A stretch of DNA of 63,997 nucleotides, the filler included, from Circinaria calcarea (taxonomy: Eukaryota), in assembly GCA_051942165.1 (NCBI GenBank). It is 25 parts of 25 records of this genome, joined end to end, with 100 filler letters (N's around TTAATTAATTAA, not from the genome) between each part and the next. Parts side by side here need not be neighbours in the genome. Positions count along the whole stretch, not along the records: positions 61,594 to 63,997 come from JAVECS010003570.1; 24 more parts are not named here. One strand, written 5' to 3'. A model generated the notes under the pieces. That model saw only the letters and a program-made list of their open reading frames with translations. It searched no databases and had not been told where the DNA came from. The translations under genes and the position numbers were made by a program. This document shows, piece by piece, positions 63,042-63,997 of the stretch; within the stretch, counting starts at the first letter, position 1, and the number at the start of each line of letters is the position of its first letter.

Positions 63042-63997
63042 ATGACAACTGGTATGGTAACGCCGTCCGCCTCAGCATATATGACTAAGACCTTGTACAG
63101 CTCACAGACCTACATTCGACCCGGTAAGTTGGGCAACACTCCAGCGTTTGTTGTTGCAAAGTCCTAATACACGTTTTCTTAGGCTCGGGGAAAGGAGGCT
63201 CAAAGAGGACCGGCATATCATCAAAGGCTGCTCCCTGCACACACTCAGCTGAAAACCAGGTAATTAAGTGTCTGAAAGGAAAATTTATCTACATGCTGAC
63301 GGCGACAAGGCAACCAGGTCAAGGCGGAACAGCGGATCCACCTATTCGAGATTTGCGAGCGCAACTATTGCAGGCAGAAGCTGCTTACTTTTCAAGGGCA
63401 AACAGATCCTCTCAGAATAACACACAGCAGACAGAGCGCACCCTGTCGGTAAAGCGGGAGCTCGAGACTGGGCCCAGTGGAAATGGAGAAGTCATAGAGG
63501 ATGACACGGATGCTAAGAGGAGGCGTATCCTGGAGGAGACAAGGCAAATAGACGCAGACTCGGAAGGATCCGGGAGCGATGGCAGTGAGGAAGAGAGGTT
63601 AGTGTCACAGTCTAATACTGGATGGATCGCGGGTTGATTCCTGATAGTGATGAGGAGGACGAAACGGCAGAGTTACTTAGAGAATTGGAGAAGATCAAAA
63701 AAGAACGAGCGGAGCAGCGTGAGCGCGAGGTAAGACACATAGTGGTAAGAGAAATCCGACTTGCTAGCTGACTAGGAGAACAGGAGCGAGAAAAAGCTGC
63801 CGAGGAGCAAGAGAAGCGGGAGCACGATATCGCACTCGGTAATCCACTCCTCAACCCAATAAAGGATTTCAATGTCCGGCGCCGGTAAGCCAGTCCCACT
63901 TCCGCTATACCTCCAGCGCTTACGCCGATATAGGTGGGACGATGACGTTGTGTTCAAGAACCAAGCCCGAGGTACGGAGGACAAGCGGAAGAAAGAG
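63042..63997 (+). CDS. CWC15: Pre-mRNA splicing factor Cwc15, multi-intron, cut by window end
   Basis: [35 protein letters not shown]...ETAELLRELEKIKKER...GNPLLN...RRWDDDVVFKNQARG. Confidence 0.96.

Overview
This window is not a contiguous locus. It is 25 short contigs (about 2484 falling to about 2455 bp, sorted by size; the last is cut by the window end) joined by 24 artificial 100-bp spacers (44 N + TTAATTAATTAA + 44 N). Gene order across spacers therefore means nothing. The content is filamentous ascomycete (Pezizomycotina-type) DNA with short GT-AG introns. Recognisable, mostly partial core genes are ERG13, a Nup170/157-like nucleoporin, NOP1, RRP45, CWC15, sphingolipid C9-methyltransferase, a TMEM97/EXPERA protein, a Topors-like RING protein, an ADA2-like deaminase and an MFS sugar transporter. 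Accessory-type genes are three P450 fragments, three BTB/POZ genes, a UstYa/DUF3328 oxidase, a SLIP-GC-like GTPase and a HerA/FtsK-like P-loop ATPase. Mobile DNA is abundant: three families of solo LTR with 5-bp target-site duplications (TSDs), a hAT-type MITE with an 8-bp TSD, and a ~1.5-kb unclassified repeat present in two contigs whose copies carry reciprocal filled and empty LTR insertion sites. Several pseudogenes show transition-type, RIP-like damage. I found no complete new multi-gene system, and contigs this short could not show one. The best leads are the intron-containing HerA-like ATPase, the unclassified repeat, a P450 lacking its catalytic threonine, and the UstYa and SLIP-GC-like fragments. 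All family assignments come from motif recognition by eye; no database searches were run.
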